Assembly: GCA_035544875.1 (NCBI GenBank)
Contig: DASZZP010000038.1
Location: forward strand, 64,147 to 128,146
Direction: 5' to 3'
Source: Thermoanaerobaculia bacterium
GTDB lineage: Bacteria; Acidobacteriota; Thermoanaerobaculia; Multivoradales; UBA5704
DNA length: 64,000 nt
The position numbers and the translations under genes were made by a program. Of this stretch, positions 9,292 through 19,360 are shown in pieces (within the stretch, counting starts at the first letter, position 1; every line of letters starts with the position of its first letter). The notes under the pieces are model-generated. The model saw only the letters and a list, made by a program, of their open reading frames with translations, searched no databases and was not told the DNA's origin.

Positions 9292-11853
9292 ATGAGACCC
9301 GCCTTCTACCTGCGCGCCTTGGTGCGCGAGTCACGCCGCGCCCGCGGCCGCCTGACCTTCTTCGTCGCCTGCCTCGCCGTCGGCGTCACCGCGGTGGTGG
9401 CGGTGGCGGGCATCTCCGCCAGCCTCGACGAGGGCATCCGGATGGAAGCGCGCCAGCTGCTCGGCGCCGATCTCGCGGTGCGCGGCAGCCGGCCGCTCCC
9501 CCCCGACTTCGACTTCGGCGTAGCCGGGCTGCCGCTGCGCACGACCCAGGTCAAAGAGACCGTTACCGTGGTCTCGGCGCCTCCCGACGCCCAGGGGCGG
9601 CCCGGACGGAGCCAGCTGGTCGAGCTCAAGGCGGTCGCCGGCGAGTACCCCTTCTACGGCAAGCTCGTGCTGCGTCCGGCGCGGCCGCTCGCCGCCTTGC
9701 TCGACGCCGAATCGGCGGTAGTGGCGGTGGAGCTGCTCTCTCGCCTGCACCTCCGGATCGGCGACGCGCTGCGCATCGGCGGGCAGAGCTTCCGCATCGC
9801 CGGCGTGGTCCTCTCCGAGCCCGACCGCATCAGCGTCTCGCTCACTCTCGGGCCCCGGGTCTTCGTTGCCGCGGCAGGCCTCGCCCGCACCACGCTCGAG
9901 GGCCTCGGAAGCCGCTTCACCTACCGCACCCTGATCCAGGTTCCGGCGGGCACCTCGGGCGCGGCGCTGCAGGCCGCGGCCGAGCGGCTCAAGGAGCACC
10001 TGCCCAGCCCGACCATGTTCTTCCGCGTCGAAAGCTACCGCGACGCCCAGCCCGCGCTGCGCGACAACCTGGCCCGCATCGAGCGCTTCCTCGGCCTGGT
10101 CGCGCTGCTCTCCTTGTTCGTCGGCGGCATCGGCGTGGCGCAGAGCGTGCGTGCCTGGATCAGCGGCCGGCTCGATGCGATCGCCGTGCTCAAGTGTCTC
10201 GGGATGCGGCCGCGCGAGCTCTTCCTGCTCTACTTGGGTCAGGCCGCCCTGCTCGGCGTGGCCGGGAGCCTGGTCGGAATCGCCGCCGGCAGCGGCCTGC
10301 AGGCCTTGCTGCCGCGGCTCTTCCCCGAGCTGATCCCGGCCGAGCTGCTGCGCGCCTGGCAGCCGGCTGCCCTGCTGCGCGGCCTTGGTCTCGGCGTGGG
10401 GGTGGCGATTCTCTTCAGTCTGCCGCCGCTCTCGGCGGTGCTGCGGGTGCCGCCGGTGCGGGTGCTCCGCCGCGAGGCCGAGCCGCTGCCGATCCACCGC
10501 TGGACGGCCGCCGCTACGCTGGCGGCGCTCGCCGCCGGCATCTTCGGCTTTGCCACCCTGCAGTCGCGTTCCTGGCTGCTCGGGGCCCAGTTCACCGGCG
10601 GCGTGGCCTTCGCCGCCGCGGCGCTCAGCCTGGGCGCGCTCGCCATCACCCGTGCCGTGCGCCGTCTGCCGCGCCGCTTCGCCCGCCTGCCGCTGCGCCA
10701 CGGCCTCGCCGCGCTGGCGCGGCCCGGCGCCGCGACGCTGTCGGCGATCGTCGCTCTCGGCCTCGGAGTGCTGGTGGTCCTCGCCATGTCGCTGGTCGAG
10801 CGCCGTCTGTCGCGCCAGTTCACCCGCGAGCTGCCGGCCGACGCTCCCAACGTCTTTCTGATCGATATCCAGCCCGATCAGTGGCCGGGAGTCCGGCAGC
10901 TGCTCGCACGCGCCAGGGCGCGGCGCATCGAGTCGGTGCCGGTCATCACCGCCCGCCTGGTGGCCATCGACGGCGTCGGCGCCGAGCAGCTGGTTCAGCG
11001 GCAGCGCAGCGCGCGCCGCACCGGAGACGGCCGCGGCGGCCACCGCTGGGTGCTGACCCGCGAGCAGCGGCTGACCTCGCTCGCCGCCCTGCCGGCCGAC
11101 AACGAGATCGTCGCCGGCAGGCTGTGGAGCGATCCCGGGCGCGCCGAAGCGAGCGTCGAGAAGTCCTTTGCCGACGACCTCGGCGTGCGGCTGGGTTCGG
11201 TCCTGCGCTGGGACATCGAAGGAGTTCCCTTTGACTTGACGGTGACCAGCATCCGCACCGTCAACTGGCGCTCGTTCGGCATCAACTTCTCGGTGGTGGT
11301 CAAGCCGGGGGTGCTCGATCAGGCGCCCCAGCAGCGGTTCGCGGCGGCGCGCATCGCCCCCGGCGGCGAGCAGCGCTTGCAGGACCTGCTCGCGGCGAGC
11401 TACCCCAACATCACCCTGCTGCGCATCCGCGACGTGCTCGAGCGAGTGCTCACCGTCCTCAACCGGATCGCGGTCGGCGTCAGGTTCCTCGGCGCTTTCA
11501 CGGTGCTGGCCGGCATCGCAATCCTGGCCGGGGCCGTCGCCGCCGGCTCGGTGCGGCGCGGCCGCGAGGTCGCCCTGCTCAAGACGCTCGGCCTCACCCG
11601 CCGCGGTGTTGCATCCAGCTTCGCGGTCGAGTACGCGCTGGTCGGCCTGGTCGCCGGCGCGATCGGCGCCGCCGCCGGCGCGCTGCTGGCCTGGGGCGTC
11701 ATCACGCGCGGCTTCAACCTCGCGCCCGAGCTCGAGCCGCTGCCGGTCGGGGCCGCCGTCGTGGCGAGCGTCTTCCTCACCGTCATCGCCGGCCTCGCCG
11801 CCAGCCTCCGCGCCCTCGAGCGCCGCCCGATCGAAGTCCTGCGCAACGAATAG
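9292..11853 (+). CDS. ABC transporter permease with duplicated FtsX domains (MacB/YbbP-like; ADOP-type without the prefix domain)
   Basis: There are two FtsX 4-TM modules (..LKCLGMRPRELFLLYLGQA.., ..LKTLGLTRRGVASSFAVEYAL..) separated by a large periplasmic domain. I chose the Met at 9292 (MRPAFYLRALVRE). Confidence 0.8.
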   Translation: MRPAFYLRALVRESRRARGRLTFFVACLAVGVTAVVAVAGISASLDEGIRMEARQLLGADLAVRGSRPLPPDFDFGVAGLPLRTTQVKETVTVVSAPPDAQGRPGRSQLVELKAVAGEYPFYGKLVLRPARPLAALLDAESAVVAVELLSRLHLRIGDALRIGGQSFRIAGVVLSEPDRISVSLTLGPRVFVAAAGLARTTLEGLGSRFTYRTLIQVPAGTSGAALQAAAERLKEHLPSPTMFFRVESYRDAQPALRDNLARIERFLGLVALLSLFVGGIGVAQSVRAWISGRLDAIAVLKCLGMRPRELFLLYLGQAALLGVAGSLVGIAAGSGLQALLPRLFPELIPAELLRAWQPAALLRGLGLGVGVAILFSLPPLSAVLRVPPVRVLRREAEPLPIHRWTAAATLAALAAGIFGFATLQSRSWLLGAQFTGGVAFAAAALSLGALAITRAVRRLPRRFARLPLRHGLAALARPGAATLSAIVALGLGVLVVLAMSLVERRLSRQFTRELPADAPNVFLIDIQPDQWPGVRQLLARARARRIESVPVITARLVAIDGVGAEQLVQRQRSARRTGDGRGGHRWVLTREQRLTSLAALPADNEIVAGRLWSDPGRAEASVEKSFADDLGVRLGSVLRWDIEGVPFDLTVTSIRTVNWRSFGINFSVVVKPGVLDQAPQQRFAAARIAPGGEQRLQDLLAASYPNITLLRIRDVLERVLTVLNRIAVGVRFLGAFTVLAGIAILAGAVAAGSVRRGREVALLKTLGLTRRGVASSFAVEYALVGLVAGAIGAAAGALLAWGVITRGFNLAPELEPLPVGAAVVASVFLTVIAGLAASLRALERRPIEVLRNE

Positions 11854-11934
11854 CCGCACCGCGTCACTAACCACGCGATCTGGTCTGGAGTCAAACACGA
11901 CTACTCCACTCTCGAGATCGTGAAGCGGCCTAGC

Positions 11935-14900
11935 TTAGTGCGTATCCTGAAGCGTCACCGTGCCCGTCGAGCCCGCAGCCGTGGTCGCCGTTGCCGCGAA
12001 CACGCGGCCGTCCGAGGCCGACGCGCGGAGCGTCCAGGTGCCCGGTGGCAGCGAGCGCACCACCGCGTGACCGTGCTCGAGGCTCCAGGTCGACCGTAGG
12101 CTTCCGAACAGCGGAACAAGGAAGGGCACGCCGGAGGCATCGATCAAGGTCAGCGTGGCGAGGGCGTCAGAGTCGGCAAGATCCGGCGCCATGACGTCGA
12201 GTTGCGCGTACGGCAGAAGGGTCACGGGAACGGGCGGTCCAGGCACCGTCACGGAAAGTCGTGCGACCGCGCTCCCCGTCGACGCCACCAGAGCCTGCCA
12301 CGATCCCGGGGGAACGGAACTGAACCGCACGCGGCCGGAGTCCAAGGAGAGCGCGCTATCGCAGTACACCCAATTGCCGTTCGTATCGAGCACGGCGATC
12401 CGCACATTGAATGGCGCGGCGCCGGGTCCGGCGACATCGAGCGCGAGGCCCGCCGAGGTCTCGAGCCGGAAGACCACGTCGGTCAGGTCGTCAGCGCCCA
12501 CTTGAGCACTTTGCCGGCTCGCCGCGTAGCCTTCTTTGCGCGCTTCGAGGCCATAGGTCCCGCTGCCGACCTCCGCGAAGCGGAAGGCACCGTGCGAGTC
12601 GGTCGTGGCACCTAGAGGCTCCGCCCAGGACGTCCGTGGAGCATTGTCCCTGCCGGCGATCGGGCGCAGCTCGACGCTCGCACCCTCGAGCGGCGAACCG
12701 TCCGTCGCGCCTACAACGACACCGCTCACTGCGGCGGCTGTGAGCTCGATCTGGATCTCACGATCTCCGTCCAGGTCGAACGTGTCGCGCTTCTCCGCGC
12801 CCGTCGAGGAACTGACCACGCGCAGCGCATAGTGGCCACGGGTCAGCCCTGCGATGCGGAATTGCCCCTCGAGATCCGTGCGCGCCTCGCCGCTCGCGGA
12901 TCGATCCATGCCTTCAACCCAAACGCCGGCATCGGCCAACGGCTTGCCGCCGCGCCGAACGACGCCGCTCAGGACCAGGCCGCTTGTGAAGTCGAGGTCG
13001 AGCACGTTGTCGCTCCCGCCTTCGACATGGGCCTTCCCCTCGCCATGACGGCCCTCGACTTCGGCGCTCACCGCCCAATCGCCGGGCGAGAGTCCGTCGA
13101 TCTGGTAGTGACCGGTTGCCTCGGCCTGTCCCGAAGCCCAATCGCCGGTGAGTCCGAGGCGATGCGCCTGGATGGTCAGACCACCCAGGAGCCCAAAGGC
13201 CAGGCCGCGCAGCGCACCGTGCAGCGTGGCACCCGGCTGCAAACGTACTTCCAGACCCTCGACGGGAGCACCCTTGACTGCAATCGGCATCTCTGGTGCA
13301 GTCGCATAGCCCTCGGCGCTGGCGCTCAAACGGTACTGGCCGTCGCTCAGGTCCGCAAAATGGAAGTTTCCTCCCGCGTCGGTCGTCGCCGCGGGCCAGA
13401 CACCGTAGAGCCGGACCTCGGCGTCGCCGACCGGTCGTCCGTCTGGATCGAGCACGACGCCGGCAACCGAAGTGCCGACACGCAATCGCAGATCGCGCTC
13501 GTTGTCCCCGGCCTCGATCTGGATCTGCTCGACACTGCGGCGACCGGAGCCAGACGTCGCGACGATGCGCTGCGCTCCCAGGGGTGCACTCGTGATCGAG
13601 TACTGGCCGTCACCGTCGGTGGTTGCGGATCCTGACGGCGAGCTCTCGATCTCGACGGAGGCACCCACGACCGGCTGGTCGTCGGCCGCGAGGACGCGAC
13701 CATGCAGGGTGGCGGCGCGTTTGAGCAGAAGATCGAGATTCTCCAGGTTCTTGCCGCTCTCCGCCAGGAGACTGCTCAGTTTCGCCGTCTGCCAGCCGGG
13801 CGCCTCCGCCTGGAGGTCGAGGCGACCGAGCGGCAAGTCCTCGATCACGAAGCGGCCGTCGGCGTCGCAGGCCGTGGTCGAGTACCTGAACTCGGCGCTC
13901 CCCGGCCTGAAGACCACCCTGGCGTCTGTGACCGCCTGGCCGTAGGCGTCGTGTACACGCCCGGTGGCGCGCACCGAAGGCCTGAGAGTCAGCTCCACAA
14001 GGCGCTCCGGGTCGACCTTGACTTGCGGTGCAACCTCAGGCGAGAAGCCGCTGTGCGTGACCACGAGGTCGAGCCGATCACCGCTGCGCCGATCGACGAG
14101 CGTGAACCCTCCGTCGGCACCGGTTTCGGCGTCGGGAACCTCCGTGTCAGAGTCGGGTGAACGGCGCCACCGTCCGAGCCATACTTGCGCGTTGGCCACG
14201 GGCGAGCGCTGGGTATTTAGCACGCGACCGACGAGAGTCACTCCCGGCTCCAGCCGAAAGGTGCCGAGGTCTTGCGATCCGGAGCCGGCTTCCACGCTCA
14301 AGGCGGGCGTCTCAAGGGAGGCGAATCCCTGCGCAGACAGCTTCAGGCTGTAGCGCTGCGGCGGCAAGTGCTGCATCTCGAAACGCCCCCTCGCGTCGCT
14401 TGTCGCTCGTCGCTCGCGCTCCGGAATCGCGACGCTCGGCACGCCGCGGCGCGGGTTCGAAAACGCCGCGGCGGTCCACACCACGGTCACTCCTGCGAGT
14501 AGCTTGCCCTGCCCATCCACCACGTGACCAAAGACGCTCGCGCCGCGGCGGACTACGATCGTCCAGTCCCCAGGGAGGCGTGAGGAATCGCGCACCGGCG
14601 GCAGATCGCGCGCCTCGACCGCGAAGTTTCGCGCCAGCGCCGCGACCGCATAGCCCACATCGAAAAGCAGTCCCTTGAGCGCGAACCGTCCGTCCCGGGA
14701 GACGGCGGCTCGCGGTTGATTCTCGGTAAGGTCGGCGCGCCATGTCTCGAATCCGCGTTGCGGCTCGCCGCGCACCTTGACGTTCACTACCGGCTGGCCC
14801 TTTTCATCGACCACTCGACCACGCAGCGCAAAGGTCGGCGGCAAGACGATTGTCGGCGCGCGCCCGAGAAGCAAGCCACCCCACGCGAGCTGGTAGCTCG

Positions 14901-15951
14901 TCGCGTACGCCGTCGCGGCAGCCCGAATCTCCTGAAAGTCGCCCAGCTCGAGAGTGAGGGTGTAACTGCCGGCGGTGTCGGTGCGGACGGCGCGGACCAT
15001 CGATCGAGTCCACACCAAGGCGCCGGCGATCGGCTGCCGAGTACGCTCGTCGAGCACTCGGCCGCTGCCGCTGCGCGGCGCTTCGAGGTCGACGACCAGC
15101 GGCTCGGCACGCGCCACTCCCAGGACGTGCATCGTGCGCGCCGCGCCGTCGGCCGCCGCGAACAGGAGGTCCGAGCCGACGAGGCGCGGAACCATGACGG
15201 TCGCCCCGCCATTGGCTGCGCTGGTCGCGAGCGGCCAGCCCTTGGCATCGAGCACCAGCACACCGGCGCGCGGCTTGCCGTTGGCACCCCGCACGAGGAC
15301 TCGGAGGCCCACGCCCGCCTGCAGATGCACCGTTGCGCCGCTTCCTGCCTTGACCGTGCCCTTCCCTTCGCAGCTCGCGCGCGCGAAGGCGCGCACCGCC
15401 AGGCGCTTGCCGGAGCCGCACTGGAGCCGCACGCGACCGCTGTCGTCGGTCTTGCCCAGGCTCTCGCCGAGCTCCCAGGAACGCTCGTCGAAGGATTGGT
15501 CGACGCCAGTGTCCCGCTGCGCAATTCCTGCAACCCACGCCCCGCGCTGTGGTCTACGCCCGGCGTCGAGCACCGTGACGGCGCAGCCCGCGTCGCGCGA
15601 GAGACTCACGTCGGGCAAGGTTTCATCTTCGAGCAGCGGCGCGAGCGCGACCTCGCGCGGAACCAATCCAGGTGCGCTGGCACGCAGGCGATACACACCC
15701 GCGCCCGGCGCGGACAAATCAAACGAACCGCTCTCACCCGTGGTAGCAGAGGCGAGCGGCGGCGGCGCGTTCTCTTCGACGAGTCGCTGGGCGCGGCTCA
15801 CATTCGACTCGAGCGGGAGGAGCTCCAGACGCGCGCCAGCTACTGGCCCCTGCGCTTCGTTCAACACGCGGCCATGCAGCACGGGCCCCAGCGCACTCCT
15901 TTCGCCGCTCGCCGCGAGCGCGCAGACCAGCCAGCCGAGAAACCATCTCAT
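11935..15951 (-). CDS. Giant secreted protein (1338 aa) made of about 13 tandem CarboxypepD_reg-like beta-sandwich repeats
   Basis: A signal peptide is followed by reiterated HGRVLD/GRVVDEKGQPV...DA.G.F.L..L..G.Y.L repeat units through the whole length. The antisense and alternate-frame ORFs across this region were rejected. Confidence 0.8.
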   Translation of the reverse strand: MRWFLGWLVCALAASGERSALGPVLHGRVLNEAQGPVAGARLELLPLESNVSRAQRLVEENAPPPLASATTGESGSFDLSAPGAGVYRLRASAPGLVPREVALAPLLEDETLPDVSLSRDAGCAVTVLDAGRRPQRGAWVAGIAQRDTGVDQSFDERSWELGESLGKTDDSGRVRLQCGSGKRLAVRAFARASCEGKGTVKAGSGATVHLQAGVGLRVLVRGANGKPRAGVLVLDAKGWPLATSAANGGATVMVPRLVGSDLLFAAADGAARTMHVLGVARAEPLVVDLEAPRSGSGRVLDERTRQPIAGALVWTRSMVRAVRTDTAGSYTLTLELGDFQEIRAAATAYATSYQLAWGGLLLGRAPTIVLPPTFALRGRVVDEKGQPVVNVKVRGEPQRGFETWRADLTENQPRAAVSRDGRFALKGLLFDVGYAVAALARNFAVEARDLPPVRDSSRLPGDWTIVVRRGASVFGHVVDGQGKLLAGVTVVWTAAAFSNPRRGVPSVAIPERERRATSDARGRFEMQHLPPQRYSLKLSAQGFASLETPALSVEAGSGSQDLGTFRLEPGVTLVGRVLNTQRSPVANAQVWLGRWRRSPDSDTEVPDAETGADGGFTLVDRRSGDRLDLVVTHSGFSPEVAPQVKVDPERLVELTLRPSVRATGRVHDAYGQAVTDARVVFRPGSAEFRYSTTACDADGRFVIEDLPLGRLDLQAEAPGWQTAKLSSLLAESGKNLENLDLLLKRAATLHGRVLAADDQPVVGASVEIESSPSGSATTDGDGQYSITSAPLGAQRIVATSGSGRRSVEQIQIEAGDNERDLRLRVGTSVAGVVLDPDGRPVGDAEVRLYGVWPAATTDAGGNFHFADLSDGQYRLSASAEGYATAPEMPIAVKGAPVEGLEVRLQPGATLHGALRGLAFGLLGGLTIQAHRLGLTGDWASGQAEATGHYQIDGLSPGDWAVSAEVEGRHGEGKAHVEGGSDNVLDLDFTSGLVLSGVVRRGGKPLADAGVWVEGMDRSASGEARTDLEGQFRIAGLTRGHYALRVVSSSTGAEKRDTFDLDGDREIQIELTAAAVSGVVVGATDGSPLEGASVELRPIAGRDNAPRTSWAEPLGATTDSHGAFRFAEVGSGTYGLEARKEGYAASRQSAQVGADDLTDVVFRLETSAGLALDVAGPGAAPFNVRIAVLDTNGNWVYCDSALSLDSGRVRFSSVPPGSWQALVASTGSAVARLSVTVPGPPVPVTLLPYAQLDVMAPDLADSDALATLTLIDASGVPFLVPLFGSLRSTWSLEHGHAVVRSLPPGTWTLRASASDGRVFAATATTAAGSTGTVTLQDTH

Positions 15952-16339
15952 CGCTCAACCCCTCGTTGTTCCGCTCGCACTATCGTAGTGCAGGATCGAT
16001 TCGTCAGGATCGAGGTGGCGCTCGGGCCGAGCATCATCAAGCCGATCAACCGGCGCGCCGCTCGCCCGCGTCTCCGCTGGCGGGTGACGAGCCCGCCCGA
16101 GCGCCGGGGCCTGCGGGCGGGATCAGGCGAGGACTCCCCGGCGTCAACTACACTTGTGCAGCCCATTGCCTCATGGCTCGACGCTACCATTGCAATCAGC
16201 CAGGAATCGTTTCAACGTGCCAACCGCCTGCCGCGGGACTGCACGAGCGGCGCCGGCGTCGAGACTCCGCGGTCAAGGCGCCGGCGTGCCGGTTGCCGCC
16301 GTGCGCTCCTTGGACAGTCGCCGCCAGCCGCCGTCAAGT

Positions 16340-16406
16340 TTGACAGCTCTCGCTTTCCCTTCTAGACTACCGACCGACCGGTAGGATTCTACCGAGTGGC
16401 CGGTAG
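16340..16406 (+). promoter_or_regulatory. Sigma70-like promoter (TTGACA-17-TAGACT) overlapping two tandem TetR operator palindromes CTACCG-N6-CGGTAG (16367-16384 and 16389-16406)
   Basis: Seen directly. The -35 TTGACA is at 16340-16345 and the -10 TAGACT at 16363-16368. Two copies of the inverted repeat ctaccg...cggtag lie immediately upstream of the tetR start. Confidence 0.6.
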
Positions 16407-16439
16407 TTGAAAGGATTCTTCTTGGCAAGGGCAGCGGCG

Positions 16440-17162
16440 ATGGGATTGGAGCTGGCGCGGCAGCGGCACCGGGCGTTGCTCGAGACCGCGGCACGCCAGA
16501 TCTGCGCGAAGGGGTACGAGGCGGCCTCGGTGCAGGACATCGCCGATGCCTGCGGGCTCACTAAGGCGGGCCTCTACTACCACATCCGCAGCAAGGAGGA
16601 GCTGCTGCTGGAGATCATGAACTACGGGATGGACATCTTCGAGGAACAGGTCCTGCTGCCGGTGCTCGCGATCGGCGATCCCGTCGCGCGCCTCAAGGCG
16701 TGCATGGAGAAGAACATCCTGCTGGTGACCGACGGGCGGAGCAAGGAGGTCACCATCATCCTGCATGAGCACGACACGCTCACCGGCGCCGCCCGCCAGC
16801 TGATCAACGCCCGCAAAAAGCGTTACGTCAGTTTCCTCGAGTCTTCCTTCGCGGAGGCGATGCGGGAGGGGCGCATCCGCAGGGTCGAGCCGCGGGTGGC
16901 CGCCTTCTCGTTCCTCGGCATGGTGCTCTGGATCTACAAGTGGTTTCGCCCTGACGGCAAGATCCAGGCCGTCCAGCTCGCCCGCGCGATGCAGGACCTC
17001 TTTTTCGGCGGCCTCGAAACCGTGCGGGCGCCCGCCCAGGCACCGGCCCCCCGGGCGGCGAACCGGCCCTCCCGCAAGGCGATGGCGAAGCCGATGGCCC
17101 GGCGGAAGGCGCCGCAGCGGAAAGGCGCCTCGCGACGAGACGGTGTGAGAAATGCGCCCTAG
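16440..17162 (+). CDS. TetR/AcrR-family transcriptional regulator
   Basis: The N-terminal HTH is AARQICAKGYEAASVQDIADACGLTKAGLYYHIRSKEEL. The track start at 16407 is a TTG that lies inside the operator, so I prefer the ATG at 16440. The stop overlaps the start of the next gene. Confidence 0.8.
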   Translation: MGLELARQRHRALLETAARQICAKGYEAASVQDIADACGLTKAGLYYHIRSKEELLLEIMNYGMDIFEEQVLLPVLAIGDPVARLKACMEKNILLVTDGRSKEVTIILHEHDTLTGAARQLINARKKRYVSFLESSFAEAMREGRIRRVEPRVAAFSFLGMVLWIYKWFRPDGKIQAVQLARAMQDLFFGGLETVRAPAQAPAPRAANRPSRKAMAKPMARRKAPQRKGASRRDGVRNAP

Positions 17163-18201
17163 CCACGAGGTGGGGATCGCCGGCTACGGCGCCTACGTGC
17201 CGCGCCTGCGAGTGCGCACCGCCGACATCGCCGCCGTCTGGCAGGCCCGCGGCGCCGCCGCCCCGGCGGTGGCCGAGAAGTCGGTGCCCGGTCTCGACGA
17301 GGACGTGGTGACGATGGCCATCGAGGCGGCGCGCACGGCGCTCGACCGCTCCGGCATGGAGACCGGCGCGATCGGCGCCGTGTGGGTGGGGACGGAGTCG
17401 AAGCCCTACGCCGTCAAGCCGTCGGCGACCATCGTGGCCGAGGCGCTCGGCATCACCCCGCACGTCGTCGCCGCGGACCTCGAGTTCGCCTGCAAAGCGG
17501 GCAGCGAGGCGATGCAGGCGGCGGTGGCGTTCGTCGGCTCGCGCATGGTGGAAGGTGCGCTGGCGATCGGCATGGACGCCGCGCAATCGAAGCCCGGCGA
17601 TGCGCTGGAGTCGACCGCCGGCTGCGGCGGCGCCGCCTATCTCTTCGCCGATGCCGCGGACGCCCTGGCGGTGGTCGAGGCCTCGGTCTCCCACGTCACC
17701 GACACCCCCGACTTCTTCCGCCGCGAGGCCGCCCACTACCCCGAGCATGGCGGCCGCTTCACCGGCGAGCCCTCCTACTTTCGGCACACGCTGGCGGCCT
17801 CGCGCACGCTGCTCGCCGAGGTCGGGCGGGAAGCTGCCGAGTTCGCCCACGCCGTCTTCCATCAGCCGGTGCCGAAGTTCGTGGAGCGGGTGGCCGCCGA
17901 GCTCGGCTTCACCCGGCAGCAGATCCGCACCGGTCTGGTGGGGCTGCGCATGGGCAACGCCTATGCCGGCTCCTCGCTGCTCGGCCTGGCCGCCGTGCTC
18001 GACGTGGCGGCGCCCGGCGATCGCATCTTCTTCTGCTCCTACGGGTCAGGGGCGGGGAGTGACGCCTTCTGCTTCCGGGTCACCGAGCGGATCGCGGCGC
18101 GCCGCCGTGGTCCGACCGTGGTCGAGTACCTCGATCGGCGCCGGCTGGTGGACGGCTACGGCCACTACCTCCGGCTGCGGGGAAAGATCCGTGGAGCATA
18201 G
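17152..18201 (+). CDS. HMG-CoA-synthase-like condensing enzyme (archaeal-type HMGCS / 3-oxoacyl synthase family)
   Basis: The sequence includes MRPSHEVGIAGYGAYVPRLRV...EFACKAGSEA (active-site Cys)...HQPVPKF...GNAYAGSSLL. These are hallmarks of the HMGCS-like protein found with a thiolase and DUF35. Confidence 0.8.
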   Translation: MRPSHEVGIAGYGAYVPRLRVRTADIAAVWQARGAAAPAVAEKSVPGLDEDVVTMAIEAARTALDRSGMETGAIGAVWVGTESKPYAVKPSATIVAEALGITPHVVAADLEFACKAGSEAMQAAVAFVGSRMVEGALAIGMDAAQSKPGDALESTAGCGGAAYLFADAADALAVVEASVSHVTDTPDFFRREAAHYPEHGGRFTGEPSYFRHTLAASRTLLAEVGREAAEFAHAVFHQPVPKFVERVAAELGFTRQQIRTGLVGLRMGNAYAGSSLLGLAAVLDVAAPGDRIFFCSYGSGAGSDAFCFRVTERIAARRRGPTVVEYLDRRRLVDGYGHYLRLRGKIRGA

Positions 18202-18205
18202 GGGC

Positions 18206-19354
18206 ATGAGAGAGGTCTTCATCATCGGCGCCGGGCAGACCCGGGTTGGCGAGCGCTGGGATCTCGGGTTGCGAGATCTCGGCGCCGCCGCCATCCGCGC
18301 CGCCCTGGACGACGCCGGGCTCGAGACGGTGGACGCGCTGGTCGCCGGCAACATGCTGGGCGGAGCGCTCAACGGCCAGGAGAGCCTGGGCGCGCTGCTC
18401 GCCGACGCCGCCGGGATTCTCCCCGCCGAGGCCTGGAAGGTCGAGGCGGCCTGCGCCTCGGGCGCCGCCGCGGTGCGGGCCGCGGCCCTGTCGGTGGCGG
18501 CGGGCGTCCACGACGTGGCGGTTGCGGTGGGCGTCGAGAAGATGACCGACGCCGTCTCCGACCGGGTCAGCGCCGGGCTCGCCACCGCCGCGGACGGCGA
18601 CTACGAGGCCAGCCACGGCCTCTCCTTCGTCGCCCTCTCCGCCCTGCTCATGCGGCGCTACATGCACGAGACCGGCGCTGCCCGCGAGGACTTCGCGCCG
18701 TTCGCGGTCAGTGCCCACCGCAATGCGGCGGCCAACGAGAACGCCATGTTCCGCGATCCAATCTCCGCCGAGGACTACGCCCAGTCGCCGCTGGTCGCCT
18801 CACCGATCGGGGTGTTCGACGCGGCGCCGGTTTGCGACGGCGCCGCCGCCGTGGTGATCTGCGCCCGCGAGCGGCTGCAGACTCACCACCGGGCGGTGCG
18901 AATCGCCGCGGCGGCGGCGGCGACCGACACCATTGGCCTCGCGCACCGCGCCGATCTGCTCACCCTCGGCGCCGCGCGGCGATCAGCGGAGAAGGCGTTC
19001 GCGGCGAGCGGCTTCGCCCCGCAGGACTGCGATCTGTTCGAGGCGCACGACGCCTTCACCATCATCACCGCCCTGTCGCTCGAGGCCTGCGGCTTCGCCC
19101 CCCGCGGCGAGGCGCTCGAGCGGGCCGCGCGCGGCTGCTTCGGGCGCGGCGGGTGCATCCCGCTCTCGACCTGCGGCGGCCTCAAGGCGCGGGGGCATCC
19201 GGTGGGGGCGAGCGGCGCCTATCAGATCGTCGAGGCCACGGCGCAGCTGCGCCGCGAGGCGGGGCCGAACCAGGTGCCGGGCGCCCGGGTGGCGCTCACC
19301 CAATCGATCGGCGGCCACGGCTCGATTGCCGTGACCCACCTCCTCGAGGCTTGA
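18206..19354 (+). CDS. Thiolase-like acetyl-CoA acetyltransferase (SCP-x/archaeal type)
   Basis: The sequence is MREVFIIGAGQTRVGER...VEAACASGAAAVRAA...GHPVGASGAYQIVEA. The real start is the ATG at 18206, 4 nt after the upstream stop; the track's 17555 start is a frame artefact. Confidence 0.85.
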   Translation: MREVFIIGAGQTRVGERWDLGLRDLGAAAIRAALDDAGLETVDALVAGNMLGGALNGQESLGALLADAAGILPAEAWKVEAACASGAAAVRAAALSVAAGVHDVAVAVGVEKMTDAVSDRVSAGLATAADGDYEASHGLSFVALSALLMRRYMHETGAAREDFAPFAVSAHRNAAANENAMFRDPISAEDYAQSPLVASPIGVFDAAPVCDGAAAVVICARERLQTHHRAVRIAAAAAATDTIGLAHRADLLTLGAARRSAEKAFAASGFAPQDCDLFEAHDAFTIITALSLEACGFAPRGEALERAARGCFGRGGCIPLSTCGGLKARGHPVGASGAYQIVEATAQLRREAGPNQVPGARVALTQSIGGHGSIAVTHLLEA

Positions 19355-19360
19355 CGCCTC

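Noticed and set aside
9331-11898. 855-aa minus-strand ORF, and the 741-aa plus-strand ORF at 9009..11234
   Set aside because: Both overlap the clearly recognisable FtsX permease gene. Their translations are low-complexity and Arg/Ala/Gly-rich.
14716-16365. 549-aa plus-strand ORF, and several ORFs of 240-340 aa inside the giant repeat-protein gene
   Set aside because: They are antisense or alternate frames of the 1338-aa CarboxypepD_reg gene. They have no domains and a junk-like composition.
17555-18205. N-terminal extension of the thiolase ORF (track start 17555)
   Set aside because: The extension is an alternate frame of the HMGCS gene. The thiolase begins at the conserved MREVFIIGAGQT Met at 18206.
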